Shown here: positions 37,670 through 48,321 of the stretch, piece after piece
Numbering within the stretch: position 1 is the first letter of the stretch
How the letters are laid out: every line of letters begins with the position of its first letter
Source: Myxococcales bacterium
GTDB lineage: Bacteria > Myxococcota_A > Polyangia > Polyangiales > Ga0077539
Direction of reading: 5' to 3'
Assembly: GCA_030652255.1 (NCBI GenBank)
Contig: JAUSAZ010000005.1
Coordinates: forward strand, 6,685 to 70,684
Length of the DNA stretch: 64,000 nt
Notes under the pieces: generated by a model
Database searches by the model: none
Seen by the model: the letters and a program-made list of their open reading frames with translations, nothing else
Told to the model about the DNA's origin: nothing
Translations under genes and position numbers: made by a program

Positions 37670-38731
37670 GTGATGAAGCGACACGCTTACGGGACGGGCC
37701 TGGTGGTGATCCTCGCGGCCCTGGCCGGGTGCAGCAGCGGCGATACGCCGGGCACGGACGCAGGGGTCGTGAAGGAGGACGCCCCGGTCATCGTGGACGT
37801 GGGCACGGACGTGGGCTTCGACACGGGTCCCGACGTGCGCACGGACACCGGCACGGACACGGGCGCTGACACCGGCACGGACCTGGGCGCCGACACCGGG
37901 ACGGATGCAGGCCTCGACGTGGGCACGGACGCGGGCGCGGACGTGGGCACCGACGCGGGCACCGACGTGGTGGACGTCGTGGACGTCGTGGATGTGCCGG
38001 ACGTCGACGAGTGCGGCGACGGCGGCGTGCGGGTCGACGGCGGCGCGTGCCTGCGCTGCGGGGCCGGCGAGCGGGTGTGCGGCGGAGCGTGCGTCGGCGC
38101 GGCGGATCCGGCCAACGGGTGCGGCGCGGCGACGTGTGCGCCGTGCGCGCTGCCCAACGCGACGGCGTCATGCGCGGCGGGGGCGTGCGCGGTCGCAGCC
38201 TGCGGGTCGGGCTTCGCGGACTGCGACGGCGACGCGGCGAATGGCTGCGAGGTCGACACCCGGCTGTCGGTCGCGCACTGCGGGGCGTGCGCGCGGGCGT
38301 GCATCACGGCCAACGCGACGCCGGTGTGCGCGGCGGGGCTCTGCGCGGTGGCGTCGTGCGCCCCGTTCTACGCCGACTGCGACGGCGCGCCCGGCGACGG
38401 CTGCGAGGTCGACACCCGCAACGACCTGAACCACTGCGGCGGCTGCGGGCGCGCGTGCCGGCTGTCTCGGGCGACGGCGCGCTGCGAGGCCGGGCAGTGC
38501 CGCGTCGCGGCCTGCGAGGCGGGCTTCGGCGACTGCAACGGCGACGAGGCCGACGGGTGCGAGACGCCGCTGGCGGCCGACCCGAACCACTGCGGCGTGT
38601 GCGGGGTGTCCTGCCCGGAGGTGTGCCGCGGGAGCGTGTGCGAGGCGTGCTCCGCGGGGAGCCAGGGGTCGACCTGCCGCGGGGGGTCGATCTGCCGCTG
38701 CGACAGCCTCGGGTGCGCGTGCCGGACCTGA
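37670..38731 (+). CDS. Cys-rich repeat lipoprotein with D/T/G-rich linker
   Basis: Lipobox LAGC; DTG/DVG repeats; three DCxG...GCE...HCGxC repeats. Confidence 0.85.
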   Translation: MMKRHAYGTGLVVILAALAGCSSGDTPGTDAGVVKEDAPVIVDVGTDVGFDTGPDVRTDTGTDTGADTGTDLGADTGTDAGLDVGTDAGADVGTDAGTDVVDVVDVVDVPDVDECGDGGVRVDGGACLRCGAGERVCGGACVGAADPANGCGAATCAPCALPNATASCAAGACAVAACGSGFADCDGDAANGCEVDTRLSVAHCGACARACITANATPVCAAGLCAVASCAPFYADCDGAPGDGCEVDTRNDLNHCGGCGRACRLSRATARCEAGQCRVAACEAGFGDCNGDEADGCETPLAADPNHCGVCGVSCPEVCRGSVCEACSAGSQGSTCRGGSICRCDSLGCACRT

Positions 38732-38759
38732 GCGCGGCGGGCAGAACCCACCTCGCAGA

Positions 38760-38789
38760 TTGACAACCATCGGCCCGACTTCCTATAGG
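38760..38789 (+). promoter_or_regulatory. Candidate sigma70 promoter of pyrG
   Basis: TTGACA (38760-65), 18-nt spacer, TATAGG (38784-89). Confidence 0.6.
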
Positions 38790-38919
38790 GATCTCCCGTG
38801 CGCCGAGTGGCGCGCGGTGGCCCTCTCCGCCCTCGCGCTCTTTTCGGCTGTCCCTCGACTGCCCCAGCGCGACGCGAGTGCCTCGGCTCCCACCGCCCCC
38901 GCATTCGTGCGCCGGGTAG

Positions 38920-40665
<1,746 letters not shown>

Positions 40666-40689
40666 AGCGACCGTCCCGCGCGCGCGTCG

Positions 40690-41025
40690 CTACGGCGCGT
40701 GCCACTCCACCGCGGTGCCCACCATCCGCACGCGGCCGCCGCGCAGGGGCCGCGCGTCCACGTCCACCACGGCGTCGGCGTTGGCCTCGCACGCGGCCCG
40801 CTGGAGGGCCGTGCGGCACTGCTCGGGGTGGGAGTCGCTGCACTCCGCGGTGACCACCGCGATGGCCTCGCGCGGGGTCGACGGGCCGTGGTCGGTGTGC
40901 AGCGGCGGCGCGGCGCAGGCCTCGGCGCGCGGGGTGCGCCGCGCGTTGATCATACGGAAGTGATGGGAGGGGCCGCTCGAGCAGCCCAGCGAGAGGGCGA
41001 GCGCCAGGAAGACCGTCGGTCGCAT
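40690..41025 (-). CDS. Small hypothetical lipoprotein
   Basis: Lipobox LGC; 111 aa; ACEANADAVV motif. Confidence 0.65.
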   Translation of the reverse strand: MRPTVFLALALSLGCSSGPSHHFRMINARRTPRAEACAAPPLHTDHGPSTPREAIAVVTAECSDSHPEQCRTALQRAACEANADAVVDVDARPLRGGRVRMVGTAVEWHAP

Positions 41026-41059
41026 GCCGCGCAGGATGCGCGATGCGCCCCGCGGGCGT

Positions 41060-42253
41060 CTAGCGTCCGCGGTGGTGGCGCCCGCGCGCGGGCTCGACCG
41101 GCGGCGGGGGGGCTGGGGGCGGGGGCGGGGGCGGCGGGGCGAGCACGGTCGGCGGCTCGACGGGCGCGTGCACGCAGCGGAACCCGAGGGTGGCCAGGCG
41201 GAAGGCGGGGTTGGCCGGGACGCGCGCGGTGGTGCGCAGCGCGGCGGCGGTGCCGGAGTACCAGTGCCCCCCGCGGGCCACGCGGTTGGTGCCCCCGGCG
41301 GCGCCGGTGGGGTCGGTGGCCGGGGCGGCGGTGTAGAGGCCGAACCAGTCGCCGGTCCACTCCATCACGTTGCCGGCCATGTCCAGCACGCCGAAGAGCG
41401 AGGCGCCCGGGGTGAAGGCGCCCGCCGGGGCGGTGGCGCCGTGCGAGTCGCTGCCCGGGAGCGACGCCGCGGGGCGCGACAGGTTGCTGCGGGTGAGCAA
41501 CGCGATGCAGTCGGCGTCGCAGGCGTTGACCCGGTCGAGGGAGGGCGCGGCCTCGCCCCAGGGGTAGGTGCGGGTCTCGGCCCCGCGCGCGGCGAACTCC
41601 CACTCCGCCTCGGTGGGCAGCCGGCCGCCGCGAGAGCGGCAGTAGGCGTTGGCCTGCGACCAGTCGACGCAGTTCATCGGGTGGTCGGCGCGGTCGGCGC
41701 GGTTGCCGTTGCAGAGCTGGTTCCAGGCGGGAAGCTGCGGGGCGGGGATGGCGGGGAAGTTCACCGTCGACGAGGTGGTGCACTGCCCCGAGGTGGCGCA
41801 CTCCTGGTAGCGGTGCGCGGAGACCTCCGTGCGGTCGATGCAGTACGGCGCCAGGGTCACGCGGTGCGCGGGCGTCTCGTTGCGGTCGCCGCTCTGGCCC
41901 GCGGCGGCGCCCATGTTGAACACCGGGTTGTCCATCAACACCATGCCCTCCGGGCAGCGCGACGGCGGCGGCGGCGGAGGCATCGGGACCGCCACCGGCG
42001 GGGGCGGCGGTGCGGCCGCGAGGGCGGCCTGACGGCAGGCGTCCGCGCCGTCGACGCACATGCAGCGGTCGCGGGCGGGCACCCACTCCTCGCCGCCAGC
42101 GCAGCAGTGGCCGTCGGAGTCGTGCTGGGGCGCCGCGCACGCGGCGGGCGGGGGGCGCCGGCGGTGCTGCGCGTGCGCAGAGGCGCCGAGCAGGGTGACC
42201 GCGCCGAGGAGGGTGGTGAGGGTGGACCGATAGTTTGGACGGAAGGATCTCAT
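41060..42253 (-). CDS. Formylglycine-generating-enzyme (SUMF1/FGE-sulfatase) domain secreted protein
   Basis: YCIDRTEV, GGRLPTEAEWEFAARG, DMAGNVMEW, RGGHW, LGFRC; signal peptide and Pro-rich linkers. Confidence 0.9.
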   Translation of the reverse strand: MRSFRPNYRSTLTTLLGAVTLLGASAHAQHRRRPPPAACAAPQHDSDGHCCAGGEEWVPARDRCMCVDGADACRQAALAAAPPPPPVAVPMPPPPPPSRCPEGMVLMDNPVFNMGAAAGQSGDRNETPAHRVTLAPYCIDRTEVSAHRYQECATSGQCTTSSTVNFPAIPAPQLPAWNQLCNGNRADRADHPMNCVDWSQANAYCRSRGGRLPTEAEWEFAARGAETRTYPWGEAAPSLDRVNACDADCIALLTRSNLSRPAASLPGSDSHGATAPAGAFTPGASLFGVLDMAGNVMEWTGDWFGLYTAAPATDPTGAAGGTNRVARGGHWYSGTAAALRTTARVPANPAFRLATLGFRCVHAPVEPPTVLAPPPPPPPPAPPPPVEPARGRHHRGR

Positions 42254-42371
42254 GGTGAAGCTCCGACGGAGGACAGGGCGCAGGCGTTCAACATCACTCC
42301 CGCCCCGGGTGCAAGGGCCCCGGCGGACGTCGTTGACACTGTCCCTCCGGGGGGTGCTTATTGCGCCCGCC

Positions 42372-43136
42372 ATGGCGGTCAACGGATCTGTGAAGGTATT
42401 TCTCTCGGCCCTCTGTCTCGCGGGCGCGCTCGGGTGTTCATCCAACTCCCCGCCGCCGCCGTCGGACGCGGGCGTCGTCGACGCGGGCGAGGACGCGGGC
42501 GACGTGCCGCTCTTCGTGGGCCCCGGCGACCTCACGGTGACCTGGACCATCAACGGCAACCCCCCGGAGACCGAGTGCGCCGTGGCGGGCGCGGCCTTCG
42601 TCGCCATCCAGGCCACCTTCGGCGCCGCGACGCGGCTGCCCTGCACCCAGGGGATGTTCTCCAAGCTGATGCTGCCGGCCAACCGGCTCAACGTCGGGGC
42701 GAAGCTGCTGCGCGCCGACGGCACGTCCATCTACGAGTACGTCATCCCGACGACCATCGTCACCGGCGTCACCACCACGGCCAGCATCAACTTCGAGCCG
42801 CCGGGCAGCCTGCGGGTGCGCTGGACCGTCAACGGCAACGCCCCCAGCAGCGAGTGCGCCACCACCACGGCGACGCACGTCATCGTCCGGGCCGAAGGGC
42901 TCGACGGCTTCCAGGCGACCTGCGCCACCGGCCGGGTGAGCTTCACCCGCGTGCCCGGGGCGATGCTCACCGGGCTGCAGCCCGGGCGCTACGCCGTCAC
43001 CGGCGAGATCGTCTCCGGCACCGGGTCCAACCGCCGCTCGATCCAGACCCTCATGGGCGAGGCCGAGGTGCCGTCGGGCGCCGTCGGCGAGGTCGTGCTG
43101 CCCTTCGAGGCGCCGCCGCTGCCGGTCGATCCGTGA
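42372..43136 (+). CDS. Hypothetical lipoprotein with two repeated beta domains
   Basis: Lipobox LGC; internal repeat GDLTVTWTINGNPPETEC / GSLRVRWTVNGNAPSSEC. Confidence 0.75.
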   Translation: MAVNGSVKVFLSALCLAGALGCSSNSPPPPSDAGVVDAGEDAGDVPLFVGPGDLTVTWTINGNPPETECAVAGAAFVAIQATFGAATRLPCTQGMFSKLMLPANRLNVGAKLLRADGTSIYEYVIPTTIVTGVTTTASINFEPPGSLRVRWTVNGNAPSSECATTTATHVIVRAEGLDGFQATCATGRVSFTRVPGAMLTGLQPGRYAVTGEIVSGTGSNRRSIQTLMGEAEVPSGAVGEVVLPFEAPPLPVDP

Positions 43137-44182
43137 GCCTCCCCCCCGCGGAGGTGCTCGCGCGCTACGCCGGCTTCGAGGCGGCCGCCGCGCGCCCCTA
43201 CGGCCGCGGGCTCATCAACGACACCTTCCTCCTCGAAGCCCCATCGGGGCGCTGCGTGCTCCAGCGGCTGCACCCGGTGTTCGGCGCGGCGGTGCACCAC
43301 GACATCGAGGCCGTCACCGCGCACCTCGCGCGCAAGGGGATGGTGACGCCGCGGCTCATCCCCACCCGCGACGGCGCGCTCTGGGTCGAGCGCCCGACGC
43401 CCGAGCGCACCGAGGTGTGGCGGGCGCAGACCTTCCTCCCCGACCTGGTCACCTACGACCGCCTCGCGCGCGATGACCACGCCGCCGCCGCGGGCGCGCT
43501 GGTGGGGCGCTTCCACAGCGCGCTGCGCGACCTCGACCACGAGTACCGCTTCGTGCGGGCGGGCGTGCACGACACCCACGGGCACCTCGCCACCCTCGCG
43601 GCCGCCGTCGAGGCCTCGCCGGGGCACCGGCTCTACGAGGAGGTGGCGCCGCTGGCGGAGATGATCCTCGCGGCGGGGCGCTCGCTGCCCGACCTCACGG
43701 GCCTGCCGAGGCGCCACAGCCACGGCGACCTCAAGCTCTCCAACCTGCTCTTCGACGCGCGCCGCGAGGGGGTGTGCCTGGTCGACCTCGACACCGTCGG
43801 CCGGATGAACCTCGCCTTCGAGCTCGGCGACGCGCTGCGCTCGTGGTGCAACCCCTCGGGCGAGGACGCCACCGACTGCGCCATCTCCGCCGAGCGCGTG
43901 GGCCTCGCCGTCGCGGGCTACGCGAGCGCCGCGCGCGACCTCGTCGATCCCGCGGAGGCGGAGTCGCTCGTCGACGGGCTCGCGACGATCTGCGTCGAGC
44001 TGGCCGCGCGCTTCGCCGCCGACGCCCTCCTGGAGCGCTACTTCGGGTGGGACCCGTCGCGCCACCCCTCGCGCGGCGCCCACAACCTGGTGCGCGCGCG
44101 GGGCCAGTGGTCGCTCGCGCGCAGCGTGCTGGCCGACCGCGCGGGGCTCCAGGCCCGGGTCGCGGCGGCGATGTCGGCGTAG
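43133..44182 (+). CDS. Aminoglycoside-phosphotransferase-fold kinase (N-acetylhexosamine kinase-like)
   Basis: GRGLINDTF, HGDLKLSNLLF, VDLDT, LGDALRSWCN. Confidence 0.88.
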   Translation: MSLPPAEVLARYAGFEAAAARPYGRGLINDTFLLEAPSGRCVLQRLHPVFGAAVHHDIEAVTAHLARKGMVTPRLIPTRDGALWVERPTPERTEVWRAQTFLPDLVTYDRLARDDHAAAAGALVGRFHSALRDLDHEYRFVRAGVHDTHGHLATLAAAVEASPGHRLYEEVAPLAEMILAAGRSLPDLTGLPRRHSHGDLKLSNLLFDARREGVCLVDLDTVGRMNLAFELGDALRSWCNPSGEDATDCAISAERVGLAVAGYASAARDLVDPAEAESLVDGLATICVELAARFAADALLERYFGWDPSRHPSRGAHNLVRARGQWSLARSVLADRAGLQARVAAAMSA

Positions 44183-44206
44183 GCGGGCTCTGGTAGCGTC
44201 CGGCGG

Positions 44207-44701
44207 GTGGTGCGACCCATCCCCGACCGGTGCCCCTGCGACGCGGGGCGGAGCTACGACCAGTGCTGCGGACCGTTCCACCGCGGGGAGCGCGAGGCGC
44301 CCGACGCGCCGTCCCTGATGCGATCGCGCTACAGCGCCTTCGCCCGCGGCGACGAGGACTACGTCCTGCGCACGCTGCACCCCGACCACGCCGACCTGGA
44401 GGAGGGCGTCGAGGCGATGCGGGCGTCGCTGCGCGACACCTTCCGGCGCAACCGCTACGAGGGCCTGCGGGTGCTCGACCAACGGCCCGCGGGGAGCGAC
44501 GGTCTCGCGGAGGTGCTCTTCCAGGCGCGGGTGCGGGAGGGCGGGGTCGACCGGTCCTTCGTGGAGCGCTCGTACTTCGCGCACGACGGGGTGGGCTGGC
44601 GCTACCTCGCGGGCGACCTGCTGCCCGCGGCGGCGCTGAAGGGCCGCATCGAGGGGCTCACCCTCGACGCCTTCTCCCGGGCGCTGGAGTCCGCGCGGTG
44701 A
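44207..44701 (+). CDS. YchJ family (SEC-C motif) protein
   Basis: CPCDAGRSYDQCC, LMRSRYSAF, ERSYF, WRYLAG. Confidence 0.9.
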   Translation: MVRPIPDRCPCDAGRSYDQCCGPFHRGEREAPDAPSLMRSRYSAFARGDEDYVLRTLHPDHADLEEGVEAMRASLRDTFRRNRYEGLRVLDQRPAGSDGLAEVLFQARVREGGVDRSFVERSYFAHDGVGWRYLAGDLLPAAALKGRIEGLTLDAFSRALESAR

Positions 44702-45942
44702 CGGCCCCGGCGCTCACCCGAGGGCAGTCGTGGGCCCTGGTGCTCGCGGCGACCTTCACCATGACCATCAGCTACATCGACCGGCAGGCGCTGGCGGTGC
44801 TGGCCCCCACGATCACCCGCGAGCTGCGCCTCTCGGAGACGCAGTACGGGCTGCTGGCGTCGGCCTTCTCGCTCGCGTACCTGATCGGCGCGCCCTTCGC
44901 GGGCCGGTGGATCGACCGGGTCGGCGCGCGTCGCGGGCTGCTCGCCGCGGTGCTGGTCTGGACGGCGGCGGCGGGTCTGCACGCGCTGGCGCCGGGCTTC
45001 GGGGCGCTGGTGGTCTTCCGGGTGCTGCTGGGCTTCGCGGAGTCGCCGTCGTTTCCGGGCGCGTCGCAGGTGGTGCACCGCGCGCTCTCGCCCGGCGACC
45101 GGCCGCGGGGTGTGGGGGTGCTGTTCACCGGGAGCTCCATCGGCTCGATGATCGCGCCGCCCATCGCGGTGGCGCTGCTGGGGGTCTTCGGGTGGCGCGG
45201 GGCGCTGCTGGTGTCGGCGCTGAGCGGGCTGGTGTGGGTGCCCCTCTGGATGGGCGTGGCGTGGCGCTCGCCGGGCCGCGAGGTGCTCGACGCGGCGCCG
45301 GAGCCGGCGGAGCTCACGGCGGCGGGCGAGGCGTGGAGCGCGTGGCGCTCGCCGGCGGTGCGGCGGACCCTGGCGCTCATCATCGCCTCGTCGCCCGCGA
45401 TCGGCTTCGTGCTGACGTGGAGCGCGAAGTACCTCGTGCGCGCGTGGGGCGTGACGCAGGTGGGGGTGGCGGCGTTCATCTGGCTGCCGCCGTTGATGTT
45501 CGACGTGGGGAGCGTCGCGTTCGGCGACCTGTCGGCGCGGCTGGCGAAGCACCCGAGCAACGCCCGCGGCGGCACGCATCCGGCGCTCATCGCGGCGAGC
45601 GCGTCGCTGGCGGTGGGCGCGACGCTGGCGATGACCGCCGCCACCTCGCCATGGATGGCGATGGGCTTCGCGGGCGCGGCGATGTTCGGCGGCGGCGGCA
45701 CCTACGCGATGATCACCGCCGACATGCTGGCGCGCATCCCGGCGCGCGGGGTGTCGACCGCGGGCGGCTGGTGCGCGTCGGCGCAGGCGCTGGCCTTCGT
45801 GGTGGCCAACCCCCTCATCGGGCGCGGCGTGGAGGCCTACGGCGGGTATCGGCAGGTGCTGGCGGCGCTGGCGCTGTGGGTGGTGCCGGGCACGCTGGCG
45901 TGGCTGGTGTGGCCGCGGGTGCCGCCGGTGCGCGCGGGGTAA
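44698..45942 (+). CDS. MFS transporter (ACS/hexuronate-like)
   Basis: ISYIDRQAL, GRWIDRVGARRG, RVLLGFAESPSFPG; about 12 TMs. Confidence 0.92.
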   Translation: MTAPALTRGQSWALVLAATFTMTISYIDRQALAVLAPTITRELRLSETQYGLLASAFSLAYLIGAPFAGRWIDRVGARRGLLAAVLVWTAAAGLHALAPGFGALVVFRVLLGFAESPSFPGASQVVHRALSPGDRPRGVGVLFTGSSIGSMIAPPIAVALLGVFGWRGALLVSALSGLVWVPLWMGVAWRSPGREVLDAAPEPAELTAAGEAWSAWRSPAVRRTLALIIASSPAIGFVLTWSAKYLVRAWGVTQVGVAAFIWLPPLMFDVGSVAFGDLSARLAKHPSNARGGTHPALIAASASLAVGATLAMTAATSPWMAMGFAGAAMFGGGGTYAMITADMLARIPARGVSTAGGWCASAQALAFVVANPLIGRGVEAYGGYRQVLAALALWVVPGTLAWLVWPRVPPVRAG

Positions 45943-45976
45943 AACGAGGGGCGGCGAGGGTGGTACGGTGCAGGCG

Positions 45977-47080
45977 ATGAGTCCGCCGGATTGGAAGAGT
46001 CTCTCGCCCCAGGAGCCTGCTCCCAGAGATGGCTACGTCAGTCGCCCCGACTCGGTGTGGGAGCGGGTGTTGAAGCGGCTGGATCAGGGCCTCGCGCCGA
46101 TCGCCATCGTCGGTCCGTCGGGAGCGGGGAAGAGCACCGAGCTGGTTGAGGTCGCTCGAATGCTCACCCCACATCGGCTCGTAGCACCGTGCCTGCAGGA
46201 TCATGTGCAGAACCCGAGCGTCATGGCGTTCCAGGGAGAGAAGCTGCTTGTCCTCGCTGCCTCGATGCTCATTCACAGATGCCAGGGCGCCTCTCTCGCC
46301 CTTTCAGACTCGTTCATCCATCGTTGGATCGTGTCCGCACAGCCCGGAGCCTTTGAGGCTCTTTCACCGCTATTGGCTTCGCCCGTCGATGCGATGCGAG
46401 AGCTGATCGCGGAGCTCAAGACCTTGCGCGGAAGCGAACGTCCATTGGTCCTGCTCGACGGACTCGAACGTCAGGATGACGCTGCGATTCGCAGCAGCCT
46501 CGACGCCTTCCGCCCATTCCTGACCTCGCTCGATCTCGTCGTGGTCCTCCCGGCGCGATGGACCAGCGACGACGCATTCTCCTCTGTGCTCGACGGCTAC
46601 CGCATCGAGGCGCTGCGCCCGCTGCCAGTGCGCGCCGAGCACGGTCCATCGTGGCGAGAGGGCCGTGCCTTCCTGACGCAGATCGTCTGCAAGCGCCTCG
46701 GCATCGCGGCCCCACCCGCCGCCGCGGTCGCAGTGCTCGATCGCGCCGCGGAGGCCAGCGGAGGCGTCCCGCGGGTATTCCTCCAGCTCGTCCAGGATGC
46801 TGCCTTCTACGCTTCGATCACGGGTCGCGAGTGGCCGAATGAAGACGATCTGCGCCAGTCGATGCGCGACCAGGTGAGCTCGCTGCGCCGCCTCCTGCGC
46901 CCGGGCGACCTCGCGGCACTTCAGTCCGCTCGCGGTACCGATGGCCTGGAGGTCGACGTCGAGCGGCGCATCCGCTTCCTGGGGCACGGCCTGCTCCTCG
47001 AGTACGGCGAGGCCGAAGACACTCGGGTGTTCCCGACGCCGCTGCTGGAAGGGATCCTCGCGCTCCGGGCCGCGGCGTGA
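45977..47080 (+). CDS. P-loop ATPase (AAA+/STAND-like)
   Basis: Walker A GPSGAGKST, Walker B LVLLDGLER, helical lid SGGVPRVFLQLV and LLLEY; start 45977 or 45968. Confidence 0.88.
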   Translation: MSPPDWKSLSPQEPAPRDGYVSRPDSVWERVLKRLDQGLAPIAIVGPSGAGKSTELVEVARMLTPHRLVAPCLQDHVQNPSVMAFQGEKLLVLAASMLIHRCQGASLALSDSFIHRWIVSAQPGAFEALSPLLASPVDAMRELIAELKTLRGSERPLVLLDGLERQDDAAIRSSLDAFRPFLTSLDLVVVLPARWTSDDAFSSVLDGYRIEALRPLPVRAEHGPSWREGRAFLTQIVCKRLGIAAPPAAAVAVLDRAAEASGGVPRVFLQLVQDAAFYASITGREWPNEDDLRQSMRDQVSSLRRLLRPGDLAALQSARGTDGLEVDVERRIRFLGHGLLLEYGEAEDTRVFPTPLLEGILALRAAA

Positions 47081-47652
47081 GTCGCTCCAACGCGGAGCTC
47101 GGCCGCCTCGCCGCCGAGGGACGCCCCCTGGCGGTGGTGTTCTTCCGTGACCTCGATGAGCGCGAGTCCCTCGCCGGGCTGCTCGATCTGCTGCTCCCCG
47201 ATGGCGCCTCGATGCGACGCGTCGCCGGGCTTGCTCCGGTGTTCGATCCGGCGACCTTCGACCAGACGCTGGCGGTGTTGCTCCCCGATGCGGCCTCCGA
47301 GGAGGAGGCCGTCGGCGAACTCGAACGCCGCCGCGACGCGCTCATCGCCCGTCGGGCGACCGCGGTGCTGTTCTTTCCCGTCGGAGGAGCCGCCGCGCGT
47401 CGACTGGGCGAGACACCGTCGCTCGCGAGCTGGCTGCGAGGTCAGATGTACACATCGGGAGTTGACGAGCTCGACCCCGACACTGGCCACGACGAGGACT
47501 TCGACCGAGCCCGAGCGGCATTCGAGGCGCGCACCCGGCAGACCCCCGAGGCGTGGTGGGAGGCCTGGACCCGCGGAGTGATCGAGTCGACGCTGGTCAA
47601 TCACCTGCTCGCGGTCGAGGCCGAGCGCCTCTGCATCGAGCCGCTCGCATGA
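47077..47652 (+). CDS. Hypothetical alpha/beta protein, possible inactive NTPase-like partner
   Basis: 191 aa; GTGA and ATGA overlaps on either side; LERRRDAL...VLFF...PSLASW; no Walker A. Confidence 0.75.
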   Translation: MSRSNAELGRLAAEGRPLAVVFFRDLDERESLAGLLDLLLPDGASMRRVAGLAPVFDPATFDQTLAVLLPDAASEEEAVGELERRRDALIARRATAVLFFPVGGAAARRLGETPSLASWLRGQMYTSGVDELDPDTGHDEDFDRARAAFEARTRQTPEAWWEAWTRGVIESTLVNHLLAVEAERLCIEPLA

Positions 47653-48209
47653 GTCGTTGGACGAGCCTTCGAGAAGAGATCGACCGCGCGCGAAGAGACC
47701 AGCCGCGCTACGACCTCACGCGGGTTACCGGGGTCATCAAGCGCCTTGGTGACCGCGGCTATTGCGACAAGAGTGCGAAGCACTGGCTGTCGGAAGTCAA
47801 CGGACCAAAGGGTATGACGATCCGGGCCTGGAGCAGGAGCGCCGACGCCTTCGACAATCGCGGTCACCACGCTCTGCGGCTGAAGGCGTTGCGGTTCCTC
47901 GCAGACGGCGCGAACGCGTCCATGCCCGATCACCTGCGCCTGGGGCCGGTGCTCTCGCTCCGCGTGGTGATGGACCGCGCCGGGCGCCTTCGAGAGTTCA
48001 GCGTCGGGATCGATGGAGCCTGTCGTGGCACCACGGAGGGTGCGGTCGGCTCGCGCTGGTACGCCCGTGTCGACCTGACCGAGACACCCGAAGGTCAGGG
48101 TGACTGCGGTCACCCGCTGCTCCACGCGCACATCGGCGACGACCCCGATGACGTGCTCTCGCCGCGCGCTCCGCTTCCGTGGATGTTGCCGCACGAGGCG
48201 CTGGAGTAG
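47649..48209 (+). CDS. Hypothetical protein with RVD...HPxxHxH motif; frame may extend to 48251
   Basis: ATG 47649 overlaps the upstream TGA; WYARVDL...CGHPLLHAHIG; 186 aa to TAG 48207-09. Confidence 0.75.
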   Translation: MSRWTSLREEIDRARRDQPRYDLTRVTGVIKRLGDRGYCDKSAKHWLSEVNGPKGMTIRAWSRSADAFDNRGHHALRLKALRFLADGANASMPDHLRLGPVLSLRVVMDRAGRLREFSVGIDGACRGTTEGAVGSRWYARVDLTETPEGQGDCGHPLLHAHIGDDPDDVLSPRAPLPWMLPHEALE

Positions 48210-48260
48210 CTCCTCGCGACGGTCGATCCGGCGCTCGAACCCGCTCCGTAGCCTCGCGGC

Positions 48261-48277
48261 CCCCGCCTTCGGCGGGG
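48261..48277 (+). terminator. GC-rich hairpin after the ATPase operon
   Basis: CCCCGCC-TTC-GGCGGGG, a 7-bp stem 10 nt after TAG 48251; no U-tract. Confidence 0.4.
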
Positions 48278-48321
48278 CGCCGCCGGGTGAGCGCTCGTGC
48301 TAACAAGCCCCTCAACCCGAC

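Noticed and set aside
48207-48209. Pyrrolysine recoding of the TAG
   Set aside because: No pyl genes in the window and all other genes use normal stops; mutation or error is simpler.
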